In this document: positions 1 through 9,211 of the stretch, one piece after another
How the letters are laid out: each line of letters opens with the position of its first letter
Position numbering within the stretch: position 1 is the first letter of the stretch
DNA from: Myxococcota bacterium
GTDB taxonomy: Bacteria; Myxococcota_A; Polyangia; Polyangiales; Sandaracinaceae
Assembly: GCA_036149055.1 (NCBI GenBank)
Contig: JAYZQJ010000285.1
Location: 1 to 16,028 of the forward strand
DNA: 16,028 bases
Direction of reading: 5' to 3'
The notes under the pieces: model-generated
Databases searched by the model: none
Seen by the model: the letters and a program-made list of their open reading frames with translations, nothing else
Told to the model about the DNA's origin: nothing
Translations under genes and position numbers: made by a program

Positions 1-68
1 GCGCTTGGACGGGCCGTCGATTCGCACGAAGCACTTGGCGGACGACATGGACTTGAACGACGATCAGG

Positions 69-713
69 ATGAAGCTGAGCGGCTCAGAGTTTCCGGAAAA
101 CGCGGCTCAGAGTTTCCGGAACCTACAAGCGGTCTACCTCCGGGTCTCCCGCGGGGAGCAGTCTCTCGACAACCAGCGTCCCGACGTCCGGCGGCTGGCG
201 CGTGCGAGGAAGCTGAAGGTCGTCACCACGTTCGAGGAGAGCGTGAGCGCGACCCGCGCGCGGCCCGAGTTCAAGGCGATGATGGATGCAGCGCACCGAG
301 GCGACTTCGACGTGCTGCTGGTGTGGTCGCTCGACCGCCTCGGGCGGTCGATGACCGGCAACCTTCAGGCGGTGCTCGACCTCGACCGCTGCGGCGTCGA
401 GGTGATCAGCGTGCGCGAGCCGTGGCTCGACACGGGTGGCCCCGTCCGCTCGCTGCTGATCGCCATCTTCGGGTGGGTGGCCGAGCAGGAGCGCGCGCAG
501 ATCGCCGAGCGGACGAAGGCGGGGATCGAGCGCGCACGGCGGAAGGGCATCCGGCTCGGCCGACCCAAGCGACGGGTCGACGTGCGCCAGGCGAAGCGAC
601 TCCGCGCGAAGGGGCTCTCGTTCCGCGAGGTCGCGCGCGAGCTCGACATCCCGGTGTCCACGCTCCACCGCGCGCTGCGTTCCAAAAAGGGGTCCGACAA
701 AGAGGGGGTCTAA
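69..713 (+). CDS. tnpR: Serine recombinase (resolvase/invertase family), probable transposon resolvase
   Basis: Catalytic motif YLRVS followed by QSLDNQ; RPEF..MM, VWSLDRLGRS, AEQERAQIAERTKAG and GRP, then a C-terminal HTH (GLSFREVARELDIPVSTLHR). Lies directly upstream of a Tn3 transposase. The exact start codon is uncertain. Confidence 0.92.
   Translation: MKLSGSEFPENAAQSFRNLQAVYLRVSRGEQSLDNQRPDVRRLARARKLKVVTTFEESVSATRARPEFKAMMDAAHRGDFDVLLVWSLDRLGRSMTGNLQAVLDLDRCGVEVISVREPWLDTGGPVRSLLIAIFGWVAEQERAQIAERTKAGIERARRKGIRLGRPKRRVDVRQAKRLRAKGLSFREVARELDIPVSTLHRALRSKKGSDKEGV
79..121 (+). repeat. Perfect 20-bp direct repeat GCGGCTCAGAGTTTCCGGAA (79-98, 102-121)
   Basis: Read directly from the sequence; period 23 bp. 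Confidence 0.9.
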
Positions 714-741
714 CCCCGCGAAATCACGTGTCCGGATTCCG

Positions 742-769
742 CGTACCAAAACCGGACGGTTGTGGTACG
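742..769. promoter_or_regulatory. 28-bp imperfect palindrome, candidate resolvase (res) binding/crossover site
   Basis: CGTACCAAAACCG-GA-CGGTTGTGGTACG: 13-bp arms with one mismatch around a central dinucleotide. A related half-site CGTTCCAAAAAGG lies at 678-690 (10/13 identical). Confidence 0.6.
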
Positions 770-818
770 GATCACGCGCCCGATGGGCGGCTGTCTCAAC
801 CGGGGCGAGGGGGGAGAC

Positions 819-3676
819 ATGATCCACTTGCCCGTCGATCCGACGGACGAAGAGCTGGCGCGCGACTGGACGCTCGGCGAGGAGGACTTGGTCGAAGTGC
901 GCCGTGCCGAGGCGCCGACAAGCGCCACAGCTTCGCGCTTCAACTCTGCGTGCTGCGTCGCCTCGGTCGCTTCCTGAGCCCGGACGAGTACGACGCGATC
1001 CCCGTCCGCATCATGAACCACGTCGGACGACAGGTTGGCCGACCGCCCGTGCTGCTCGTTACGCCGCCGGCTCGGAAGGCGACCGACCTCGAGCACGAGA
1101 AGCGGATCCGCGCCCACCTCGGCTACTCCATCCTGGACGAGGCAGCCCGGGACACGCTCGACGTGTGGATGACCGAACGCGCGGCGCGGGGACTACTCGC
1201 CGACGAGCTCGTCCGCGAGGCCGAGGAGTACCTCAGGCTGCGCCGCATCGTCATCCCGGCGCGCTCGACGCTCGAGCGGATGGCCACGCGTGCGGCGACG
1301 CGCACGGAGAGCGACCTGCTCGGGACCATCAACGAGCGGCTGACGGCGGAGCAGCGGATGGCCATCGACCACCTCCTGGATGTCCCCGGTCACCGCTCCC
1401 AGCTCTTCGCACTGAAGCAGTATCCGCCGGAGCCGACGCCCACGGCGATCAACAGCTACCTCCAGCGCGCCGAGCTGCTGTGCGACCTTGGCGTAGGCCA
1501 GATCGACCTTTCGGGTGTCCGGCCCGAGATCGTGCTCCACCATGCCGAGCTCGTTCGTCGCTACGACGTCGACGACCTCAAGCGGTTCAAGCCGGCCAAG
1601 TGCCATGCGCTCGTGGCGTGCTTCCTCGTGGAGGCGAACAAGTCGGTGCTCGATCACCTGGTCGAGATGCACCACGTCTTCACGACCGGGCTCCACCGAC
1701 GCGCGCGCAACGCCTACGAGAAGAAGCAGCGCGAGCTGCGCCAGAAGTCGGGCCGGAACCTCCGCCTGGTTCTCGACGCCTTGGAGGCGCTCCTCGACGA
1801 GGACCCCGAACACGTGGAGCAACTCGACCTCGATGCCGTCCGCGGTGCGATCGTCGGCTGTCGGGAGCTACAGCGGCTCACCGAGCGCGGGGAGTTCGAG
1901 GCGCTGCGCCTGCGGCACCACACCCTCAAGCGCTATCTCCCCGGATTCCTGCGCCTCGCGTTCGAGGGTGGTCCTGGAACGGAGCCGCTCATCGAGGCGA
2001 TCGAGCACGCCCGTGCGCTGCACGACGAAGGGACAACCGACCTCGGAGAGGATCCGCCGACGGAGTTCGCGACCGGGCTGTGGAAGCGCGGCCTGGCGCG
2101 CAAGCTCGACGTGCGCTCATGGGAGCTCGCGCTCGCGTACGCCATCCGAGACGCCCTGCGTTCGGGGGACCTGTACCTCGCCGACAGCCGCCACCACGTG
2201 TCCTTCTGGAACCTCGTCCAGGGGCCCGAGCAATGGGCTGCCGCTCGCGCTCGCGCGTATCGGGAGATGGGGCTGCCAGCCGAGCCAGGGCACGCCCTCG
2301 AGCGACTGCGGACCGAGTTTGACGCGGCCCTGCACGACTTCCGGGACGGTCTCCCGGACAACCGGTTCGCGAAGGTCGAGGCCGGTGCTCTGCACCTGTC
2401 GAGACGCGACGCCCTCGACATCCCGGATCGGGTCCAAGACCTCAAGCGCGCGATCGACACGCACATGCCGCGGATCCGGATCGAAGACCTACTGCTCGAG
2501 GTCGACCGCTGGACGGGCTTCACGGCGGAGCTCACCGCGCCGAGCGGCTACTCCGAGCGGAGCGCCGCTCTCCGCTATCCGACGCTGCTCGCGGCGCTGG
2601 TCGCCCACGGGACGAATCTCGGGACGGCGACGATGGCGCAGAGCACGAAGGACATCACGGTCGACATGCTCCAGCGCACCTCGAAGTGGTGCCTGCGTGC
2701 CGAGGCACTGAAGGCCGCGAATCGCGTCCTCGTCGATTACCACCACGGCCTCCCGTTCGCCGACGTCTGGGGCGATGGGACCCGGTCCTCATCGGATGGA
2801 CAGCGCTTCGGGGTCCAGACGAGCTCCCTCCTCGCAGGCTTCTACCCGCGCTACTTCGGGTTCTACGAGCGCGCGATCACGGTCTACACCCACGTCTCGG
2901 ATCAGTCGGCGGTGTTCGCGGCGCGGGCCATCTCGTGCTCCCCTCGGGAGGCCATCTACGTCCTGGACGGGCTGCTGGAGAACGACACCGTCCTTCGCCC
3001 GCGCGAGCACTACACGGACACGCACGGCTGCACCGAGCAGCTCTTCGGCCTCTGCTACCTGCTGGGCTTCTCGTTCATGCCACGCCTCAAGGACCTGAAG
3101 GACCAGCAGCTCTACATGCTCGACCGCGAGCATGTCGCCGGCGACCTACGCGGTCTGTTCCGCAGCGCGATCGACGTCGAGCTCGTACGTGAGCAGTGGG
3201 ACCAGCTCGTGCGCGTGGCGTCCTCGCTTCGAGATCGGACGGCGCCGGCTCACGTGGTGCTCGACCGGCTCGCCGCCAGCTCGCGCTCGGACCGCCTCGC
3301 GAGGGCGCTGACCATGCTCGGCCGCGTCGTGAAGACCACCTTCATCCTCCGCTACATCCACGACTCCGCGGTGAGGGATCGAATCCACCTCCAGCTCAAC
3401 CGGGCCGAGTCGCGGCACGCGCTCGCTCGGCGCCTCTTTTTCGCGAACCAGGGCTCGTTTCGGACCGGGGACTACGCGGAGATCATGAACAAGGTCAGCG
3501 CCCTGAGCGTGCTCTCGAACAGCGTATTGCTCTGGAACACGAGGCAGCTCGAGCGCGTGGTCGGCGCGCTCGAGGGAGCGGATGGCAATCATGTGGACCG
3601 AGACGACCTCGCGCGCATCTCGCCGCTTCTCCACGCCCACGTGATCCCAAGCGGCACCTATCGGTTCGGCGTGTGA
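819..3676 (+). pseudogene. tnpA: Tn3-family transposase with a 1-bp frameshift at about 904/905 (about 952 aa if repaired)
   Basis: ATG 819 follows a G/A-rich SD and gives MIHLPVDPTDEELARDWTLGEEDLVEVRR, which continues in another frame as CRGADKRHSFALQLCVLRRLGRF (typical Tn3 TnpA N-terminus). DDE motifs SSSDGQRF, HYTDTHG and QLNRAESRHAL and the C-terminal RISPLLHAHVIPSGTYRF are intact. Confidence 0.88.
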
Positions 3677-3692
3677 CGCGCATCGGACTCGC

Positions 3693-3735
3693 TTGACGTC
3701 GTCCTCGTGGACCGCTACTACGACACTCGTCGTAG
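3693..3735 (+). promoter_or_regulatory. Putative sigma70 promoter with overlapping palindromic operator
   Basis: TTGACG (3693-3698), 17-bp spacer, TACTAC (3716-3721, weak -10). Perfect inverted repeat CTACGAC-ACTC-GTCGTAG (3718-3735) immediately upstream of the BlaI-type gene. Confidence 0.6.
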
Positions 3736-3739
3736 AGCG

Positions 3740-4159
3740 ATGAGAGAATCCGTGAACCCCAAGACCGACCCTCCGACTCCTCCGGGTGGTGAGCTGGAGA
3801 TGAGCCTGTTGACCGAGCTGTGGCGACGCCACCCCGCGACGGTTCGGCAGCTTCACGAGACGGTCGGCGTGCCTCGCGGGATCGTGTACACCACGGTCGC
3901 GAAGGTGCTCGATCGGATGGTCGACAAGGGCTTGGTCGGCCGACGCGCGGTGGGCCGCGCGTACGAATACGAGCCGCTCGTCGATCGCGGTGCGACGCAC
4001 CGCGCGATGGCGCGCGACTTCCTCGCCCGCCTCGGCGGCGACCCGGGGCGTCCCGCCGTCGCGGCGCTCGTGGGCGCGCTCGAGGACGCCGATCCGGAAC
4101 TGCTCGACGAGCTCGAGGCCGAACTGAGCGCGTGGCGGGAGCGCAACGATGGAACGTGA
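3740..4159 (+). CDS. BlaI/MecI/CopY family transcriptional repressor
   Basis: GELEMSLLTELW...ATVRQLHE...YTTVAKVLDRMVDKGLV.R...GRAYEYEP matches the BlaI winged-helix pattern. ATG 3740 was chosen because it lies downstream of the operator; GTG 3707 is less likely. Confidence 0.92.
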   Translation: MRESVNPKTDPPTPPGGELEMSLLTELWRRHPATVRQLHETVGVPRGIVYTTVAKVLDRMVDKGLVGRRAVGRAYEYEPLVDRGATHRAMARDFLARLGGDPGRPAVAALVGALEDADPELLDELEAELSAWRERNDGT

Positions 4160-4985
4160 ACTCGTCTTCGTCGGCCTGAGCAGCGCGCTGGCCATCTGTG
4201 CGACCTGGACGGTGGCCATCGCCACGTTCCGCTCGCGTCGGGCTGCGGTCACCTCCGAGGTTGGCGCGTTCTGGCGGGTCGTCGCTCCCGTTCTCGCGGC
4301 TGCGGCCGTGCTTGCGTTCTTCGTCGGGTGGGCCGTGCAGGAGCCCGATCCGGCTGACGAGTGGCTTGAGGCGGGGTTCTGGGGTCTGAGCGCGGCCACG
4401 GCGATCGTGGTCCTCCGCGCCACCGCGCGAGGCCTGAGCGCTCTGCGCATTCCGCCGGGCCTTCCGGTGGGGGTGGTCGGGCTCTTCCGTCCGCGTGTGG
4501 TCGTGTCCGAGGCGTTCGGGCGCGGGGTTGACGAGTCCGTCCTGCGGGCCGCGCTCGCCCACGAGGCGGCCCACGTTCGCCACCGCGACCCGCTCCGTAT
4601 CTGGCTCGTTGCCTTCGCGACGGACCTCCAGTGGCCGCTCCCCGGCGCGCGCTCACGCTTCGAGAGCTGGCTGCTCGCGCTCGAGGTCGAGCGCGATGAC
4701 GAGGCCCTCGCGCGGGGTGCAACGCGCGGTGCACTCGCCGAGGCAATTCTCGCCGCGGCCCGGCTAACACGCGGGCCAACTCGGACCGCGGTCGCGGCCG
4801 TAGGATCCGAACCCGGCGTGGCGCTCCGCATGCGGCGACTGCTCGGTGGCGGCGCGCGACCCCGCGTGCGCGATGATCGTCGCTGGGCACCCTGGGTCGT
4901 GGGGAGCGGACTCCTGTTCGTCGCCTGGCTCGGGCATGGTTGGGGGGACGCGCTCCTCGCCGTCCTCCCTGGTGTCGGTCGTTGA
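4149..4985 (+). CDS. M56-family (BlaR1/MecR1-like) membrane zinc metallopeptidase without a penicillin-binding sensor domain
   Basis: Several hydrophobic segments; VVGLFRPRVVVS, ALAHEAAHVRHRD (HExxH), downstream E.ERDDEA and LRMRRLL. Overlaps the BlaI-type gene by 11 bp. Confidence 0.85.
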   Translation: MERELVFVGLSSALAICATWTVAIATFRSRRAAVTSEVGAFWRVVAPVLAAAAVLAFFVGWAVQEPDPADEWLEAGFWGLSAATAIVVLRATARGLSALRIPPGLPVGVVGLFRPRVVVSEAFGRGVDESVLRAALAHEAAHVRHRDPLRIWLVAFATDLQWPLPGARSRFESWLLALEVERDDEALARGATRGALAEAILAAARLTRGPTRTAVAAVGSEPGVALRMRRLLGGGARPRVRDDRRWAPWVVGSGLLFVAWLGHGWGDALLAVLPGVGR

Positions 4986-4988
4986 CGC

Positions 4989-6104
4989 ATGCGTGCTCTG
5001 TGCGCCGCGGTCTGTGCCTTGGTGCTCGGGTGCGGCGCCCCGGCTCCGACCGCCGAGGAGGACGCCGACGCCTCGACGGTCGTGGTCCTCACGGCGTCAC
5101 GACGCGAAGCGCTCGATCTCCAAGTCTCCTCCGCACAACGCACCCGTTTCCCGGTGCCCTCGCTCCGCTTCGGGGTCGTCTCTGCGCGGCCCGACGAGGA
5201 GGTGCGCGTGGTGGCGCCGGTCGCCGGCCGGATGCTCGTGGCGCCCGCCGTGGCCGTGGGAGACGCGGTCGAGGCGGGTCAGCTCATCGCGACGATGGTG
5301 CCGCTCGTCGACACGGCGTCGCGCGCGACCGTCGAGGCGCAGCGGCGACAGCTCCGCGGGCAGGCGCAGTCCGCCGCCGCGAACGCGACGGCGCTCGAGG
5401 CCGAGGTCGCGCGGATGCAGACGCTCGAGGAGACGCAGCTCGCCACCGCGGCGGAGCTCGCACGCGCCCGCGCCGACCTCGCGGCGCAGCGCGCGCAGGC
5501 TTCGAGCCTCGCACGCGCCGAGCACGAGCTCGGACGCATGACGCGGGGCGCCATCGAGCTGCGCGCGCCGATCGCCGGCGTCGTCGCCGAGCTCACGACC
5601 GAGGTCGGCATGCTCCTCGCGCAGGGTGACCTCGTCGCGCGGGTCACGCGACCGGGGCCCCGCTGGATCGACATCGCCGTCCCGCCGCTCGAGACCGTCG
5701 GCGCGCGCTACCGCGTCCGGTTTGCCGGTGGGCGCGTCGAGGCGACGCTCCTCGCGCGTGGCGCCTTGGTCGGGGCCGACGGCATGCGACGGGACCGCTT
5801 GCTCGTCGAGGCCGCGGACGAGCTCCTGCTCGGAGCCACCGTCGCGGTGGAGGTCGTTCACGAGCAGGAGGGAGTCAGCGTGCCGCAGGGGGCGCTCGCC
5901 TCGCGCGGCGCCGAGCGCGTCGTCTTCGTCGAGGTCAGCGACTCCCGCTTCGAGGCCCGCGTCGTGCAGGTCACCGCGCTGGCCAACGGCGCCGCGCTCC
6001 TGGAGGACGCCGTCGTCGAGGAAGGTGAGAGCGTCGTCTCGCAGGGCGCACCCTCCCTTCTCGGCGAGCTCGAGGGCGTCGGCGGACCCAACGAAGAGGA
6101 TTGA
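4989..6104 (+). CDS. RND efflux periplasmic adaptor (membrane fusion protein), probable lipoprotein
   Basis: Signal peptide with lipobox VLGC; lipoyl half-motifs VVAPVAGR...VGDAVEAGQ and LRAPIAGVV flank an alpha-helical hairpin; C-terminal VPQGAL...VVFV...FEARVV...EGESVVSQGA. Confidence 0.9.
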   Translation: MRALCAAVCALVLGCGAPAPTAEEDADASTVVVLTASRREALDLQVSSAQRTRFPVPSLRFGVVSARPDEEVRVVAPVAGRMLVAPAVAVGDAVEAGQLIATMVPLVDTASRATVEAQRRQLRGQAQSAAANATALEAEVARMQTLEETQLATAAELARARADLAAQRAQASSLARAEHELGRMTRGAIELRAPIAGVVAELTTEVGMLLAQGDLVARVTRPGPRWIDIAVPPLETVGARYRVRFAGGRVEATLLARGALVGADGMRRDRLLVEAADELLLGATVAVEVVHEQEGVSVPQGALASRGAERVVFVEVSDSRFEARVVQVTALANGAALLEDAVVEEGESVVSQGAPSLLGELEGVGGPNEED

Positions 6105-9100
6105 GCGTGAGCGCCCTCTTCGACGCGATCATCCGATGGTCGGTGCGTCGCCGGCACCTCGTGCTGGTGCTCGCCCTCGCCGTCGCCGCGGTCGGCGTCG
6201 GTCAGGCGATGAACGCACAGGTCGACGCCCTGCCGAGCTTCACGCCGCCGATGGTGACCGTGCAGTGTGACGCCCCCGGTTTGGGCAGCGTGCGAGTCGA
6301 GGAGCTGGTGACGGCGCCGCTGGAGCAGGCCCTGCTCGGGACGCCCGATCTCGTCCGGCTCCGGTCGACCTCCTCGCCCTCCCTCGCGCTCGTCGAGCTC
6401 ACCTTCGAGGACGGCACGGACATCTTCCGGGCGCGACAGCTCGTGAGCGAGCGCCTGGCGTTCGCGCGCGCCCGGCTCCCGAGCTCGGTGCGGGCTCCCC
6501 GCCTCTCCCCGATCACCGCGCCCGTGGGCTCGGTGCTCCGGATCGCATACACGCCGCGCTCGGACGATCCGGAGGCGCTCCAAGCGCTCTGGCAGTTCGG
6601 TGAGTGGCAGCTCCGGCCCCGCGTGGAGGCCATCCCCGGTGTCTCGCATGTCACGATCCACGGCGCCTCGTCGGCGCGCGTGGCCGTTCGGCCCGACCCC
6701 GCGGCGATGATCGGGCACGGCGTAACCCTCGCGGCGCTCCGCGCGGCGCTCGCCGACGGGCTGAGTTTGCAGCCGCTCGGTTATGCGTCCGTAGGTCCGC
6801 TGCGCGAGCCCGTTCGATCCGAGACGCTGTGGGCCTGGGGCGACCTCGACGCGATCCGGGATGCGGTGGTGCTCCATCAGGACGGTGTGGCGATCCGGGT
6901 CCGCGACATCGCGAGCGTCGAGCGCGACACCGGGGTCCCCGTCGGGACCGCGCTCTACGATGGACGAGCCGGCATCTTCGTCCAGGTCGACAAGCTCCCG
7001 TGGGCCGACACGCTCGGCGTGACCGCCGACGTCGAGGCCGCGCTCGACGACCTCGACGCGGTCCGCCCGCTCGGCTCGGTGCGCCACGAGCCGACGCTCC
7101 GGCAGGCCGACTTCGTCCACACGTCCATCGACTCCGTGGCGCGCGCGATGGCGATCGGGGCCGTGCTCGTCGTCGTCATCTTGATCGCGTTCCTCCGCTC
7201 GGGGCGGCTCGCCCTGATCAGCCTCACCGCGATTCCGCTCTCTGTCCTGGCCGCGGTGTCCATGCTCCTGGCGCAAGGACTCACGCTCAACGGGATGATC
7301 CTGGGCGGGCTCGCCATCGCGGTCGGCGAGGTGGTCGATGACGCGATCGTAGACGTCGAGAACATCTGGCGGCGCCTCCGCGAGAACGCTGCGCTCGAGG
7401 AGCCTCGCGAGGTGATGGACGTGATCCACGACGCGTCCATCGAGGTTCGCGGCGCGGTCGTGTACGCGACCTTCGTGGTCGTCACGGTGCTCGCGCCGAT
7501 CATGCTGATCGGCGGGATCGCAGGGCGCATCTTCTCGCCGCTGGCGCAAGCCTACGCGCTCGCGATGGTGTGCTCGCTCGGTGTCGCGCTTACGGTCACC
7601 CCGGCGATGTGCGCGCTCCTGCTGCCGAGGCTGGCGGCGCGCGACGCGAAGGAAGGCGCCGTCGCGAGGTGGCTGCGGGCGGCCTACGACTCCGTGCTCG
7701 CTCGAGTGGCGCGGATGCCGGGCCGTATCGCGCTCGCCGCGGTCGCGGTCGGGACGGTCGCGGTAGCGTGTCTGCCGTTTCTCGGCGGCGCGTTCTTGCC
7801 GGAGTTCAAGGAGGGGGCCCTCGTCGCCCAGGTGCTCGCCTGGCCGGGGACGTCGCTCGAAGAGACGACGCGCCTCGCGACCAGGATCGACGCGGTGTTA
7901 CGTGAGCCAGGCCCCTTCCCCCACACGGCGGCCCGGGTCGGACGCGCGAGCCTCGACGAGGATCGCGCGCCGGTGCATCGGATGGAACTCGACATCATCC
8001 TGCCCGAGGGCGCCGACCCCGAGGAGCTCGAGCCGCTGATCACAGAGCGCATTGGCCTCGTGCCCGGTCTTCAGTTCAGCGTCGACGGCTTCCTCGGCGA
8101 GCGGATCAACGAGCTCCTCTCCGGTCAGCGGGCTCCGATCGCGGTGGAGCTGCGGGGAGGAGACCTCGAACAGCTCCAGGAGGCCGCGCGACGAGTCTCC
8201 GAGTCCCTCGCCGACGTGCCGGGGGTCGAGTCGGTCAGCACGCAAGCGATCGCGGACGTCCCGACGACCGACGTCCACATGATCGCCGCGGAGCTGGGCG
8301 TGGTCGGGCTTCGCCGAGCTGAGGTGGCGGAGGCGACCGCCGCGCTCCGGCAAGGGCTCGACGTCGGTGAGGCGAGAGCGCCCGGAGGCTTCGCGGTCCC
8401 GCTGGTGGTGGCGGGTCGCCGGACCGGCTTGGCACGTGACGAGCTCCCTGACGTGCCGCTCCTCACGTCGACGGGCAGCGCGCTGCCGTTCTCGGCCGTG
8501 GTCGAGCTGCGATCGAGCGCAGAGCCCGCGGTCATCGTGCACGAGGGCGGAGAGCGCGTGGTCGCCGTGACCGCGAGCGCGGCGGGCGACGCATTGAGCG
8601 ACGTCGCCGAGCGCATCCGGAACGTGATGAACGATGAGGTCAGCCTCCCCGCCGGGACCCGCTGGCGGATCGCGGGGCAGGCGGCCGAACGCGAGGCGGC
8701 GGCGCTGCGGCTCGCGGGCGTGACCGCGGTCGTCCTGCTCGTCATCTTCGTGTTCCTCTGGAGCGCGTTCGGTTCGCTGCTCGACGCGACGGTCGTGATG
8801 GCGGGGCTTCCGCTAGGGATGGTGGGTGGTGTCATCGCGGCCCTGTTCCTCCCGGAGGGGCTGAGCATGGCCGCGCTCATCGGCTTCGTGACCCTCTTCG
8901 GCATCATCAGTCGCAACGGGATCATGCTCGTGCAGCACAAGAACGACCTCTTCGCCGGCCACCCCGAGGCCCCTCGCCAGGAGCTGGTCCTTCGCGCCGC
9001 GAAGGAGCGACTCATTCCCATCACGATGACGGCGGCAACGGCCTTCTTCGGGCTCCTCCCGCTCGCGGCTTCGCTTGGCGCGGCGGGCAGCGAGCTCGAG

Positions 9101-9211
9101 GCGCCCATGGCGCTCATCGTCTGCGGCGGCCTCGTCAGCTCGACCGCGCTGAACCTGGTCGCCGTCCCCGCGTTCTATCTCTGGCGGCATCGCCGCGAGG
9201 AGGTCACGTGA
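6101..9211 (+). CDS. RND efflux permease, CzcA/CusA (heavy-metal efflux-like) family
   Basis: 1036 aa; VDALPSFT, GLAIAVGEVVDDAIVDVENI, FLPEFKEG, GFVTLFGIISRNGIMLV, ERLIPITMTA and PMALIVCGGLVSST. The TTG start overlaps the upstream TGA (GTG 6107 is an alternative). Confidence 0.93.
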   Translation: MSVSALFDAIIRWSVRRRHLVLVLALAVAAVGVGQAMNAQVDALPSFTPPMVTVQCDAPGLGSVRVEELVTAPLEQALLGTPDLVRLRSTSSPSLALVELTFEDGTDIFRARQLVSERLAFARARLPSSVRAPRLSPITAPVGSVLRIAYTPRSDDPEALQALWQFGEWQLRPRVEAIPGVSHVTIHGASSARVAVRPDPAAMIGHGVTLAALRAALADGLSLQPLGYASVGPLREPVRSETLWAWGDLDAIRDAVVLHQDGVAIRVRDIASVERDTGVPVGTALYDGRAGIFVQVDKLPWADTLGVTADVEAALDDLDAVRPLGSVRHEPTLRQADFVHTSIDSVARAMAIGAVLVVVILIAFLRSGRLALISLTAIPLSVLAAVSMLLAQGLTLNGMILGGLAIAVGEVVDDAIVDVENIWRRLRENAALEEPREVMDVIHDASIEVRGAVVYATFVVVTVLAPIMLIGGIAGRIFSPLAQAYALAMVCSLGVALTVTPAMCALLLPRLAARDAKEGAVARWLRAAYDSVLARVARMPGRIALAAVAVGTVAVACLPFLGGAFLPEFKEGALVAQVLAWPGTSLEETTRLATRIDAVLREPGPFPHTAARVGRASLDEDRAPVHRMELDIILPEGADPEELEPLITERIGLVPGLQFSVDGFLGERINELLSGQRAPIAVELRGGDLEQLQEAARRVSESLADVPGVESVSTQAIADVPTTDVHMIAAELGVVGLRRAEVAEATAALRQGLDVGEARAPGGFAVPLVVAGRRTGLARDELPDVPLLTSTGSALPFSAVVELRSSAEPAVIVHEGGERVVAVTASAAGDALSDVAERIRNVMNDEVSLPAGTRWRIAGQAAEREAAALRLAGVTAVVLLVIFVFLWSAFGSLLDATVVMAGLPLGMVGGVIAALFLPEGLSMAALIGFVTLFGIISRNGIMLVQHKNDLFAGHPEAPRQELVLRAAKERLIPITMTAATAFFGLLPLAASLGAAGSELEAPMALIVCGGLVSSTALNLVAVPAFYLWRHRREEVT

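Noticed and set aside
689..745. GGGGTC motifs near the resolvase stop as a left Tn3 IR
   Set aside because: The downstream bases lack the ACGAAAA/ACGnTAA pattern at the right spacing and do not match the IR at 10611-10648.
5..904. 300-aa N-terminal extension of the 1223-aa transposase ORF
   Set aside because: Arg/Gly/Pro-rich off-frame translation of the resolvase gene; the true TnpA N-terminus is in another frame starting at 819.
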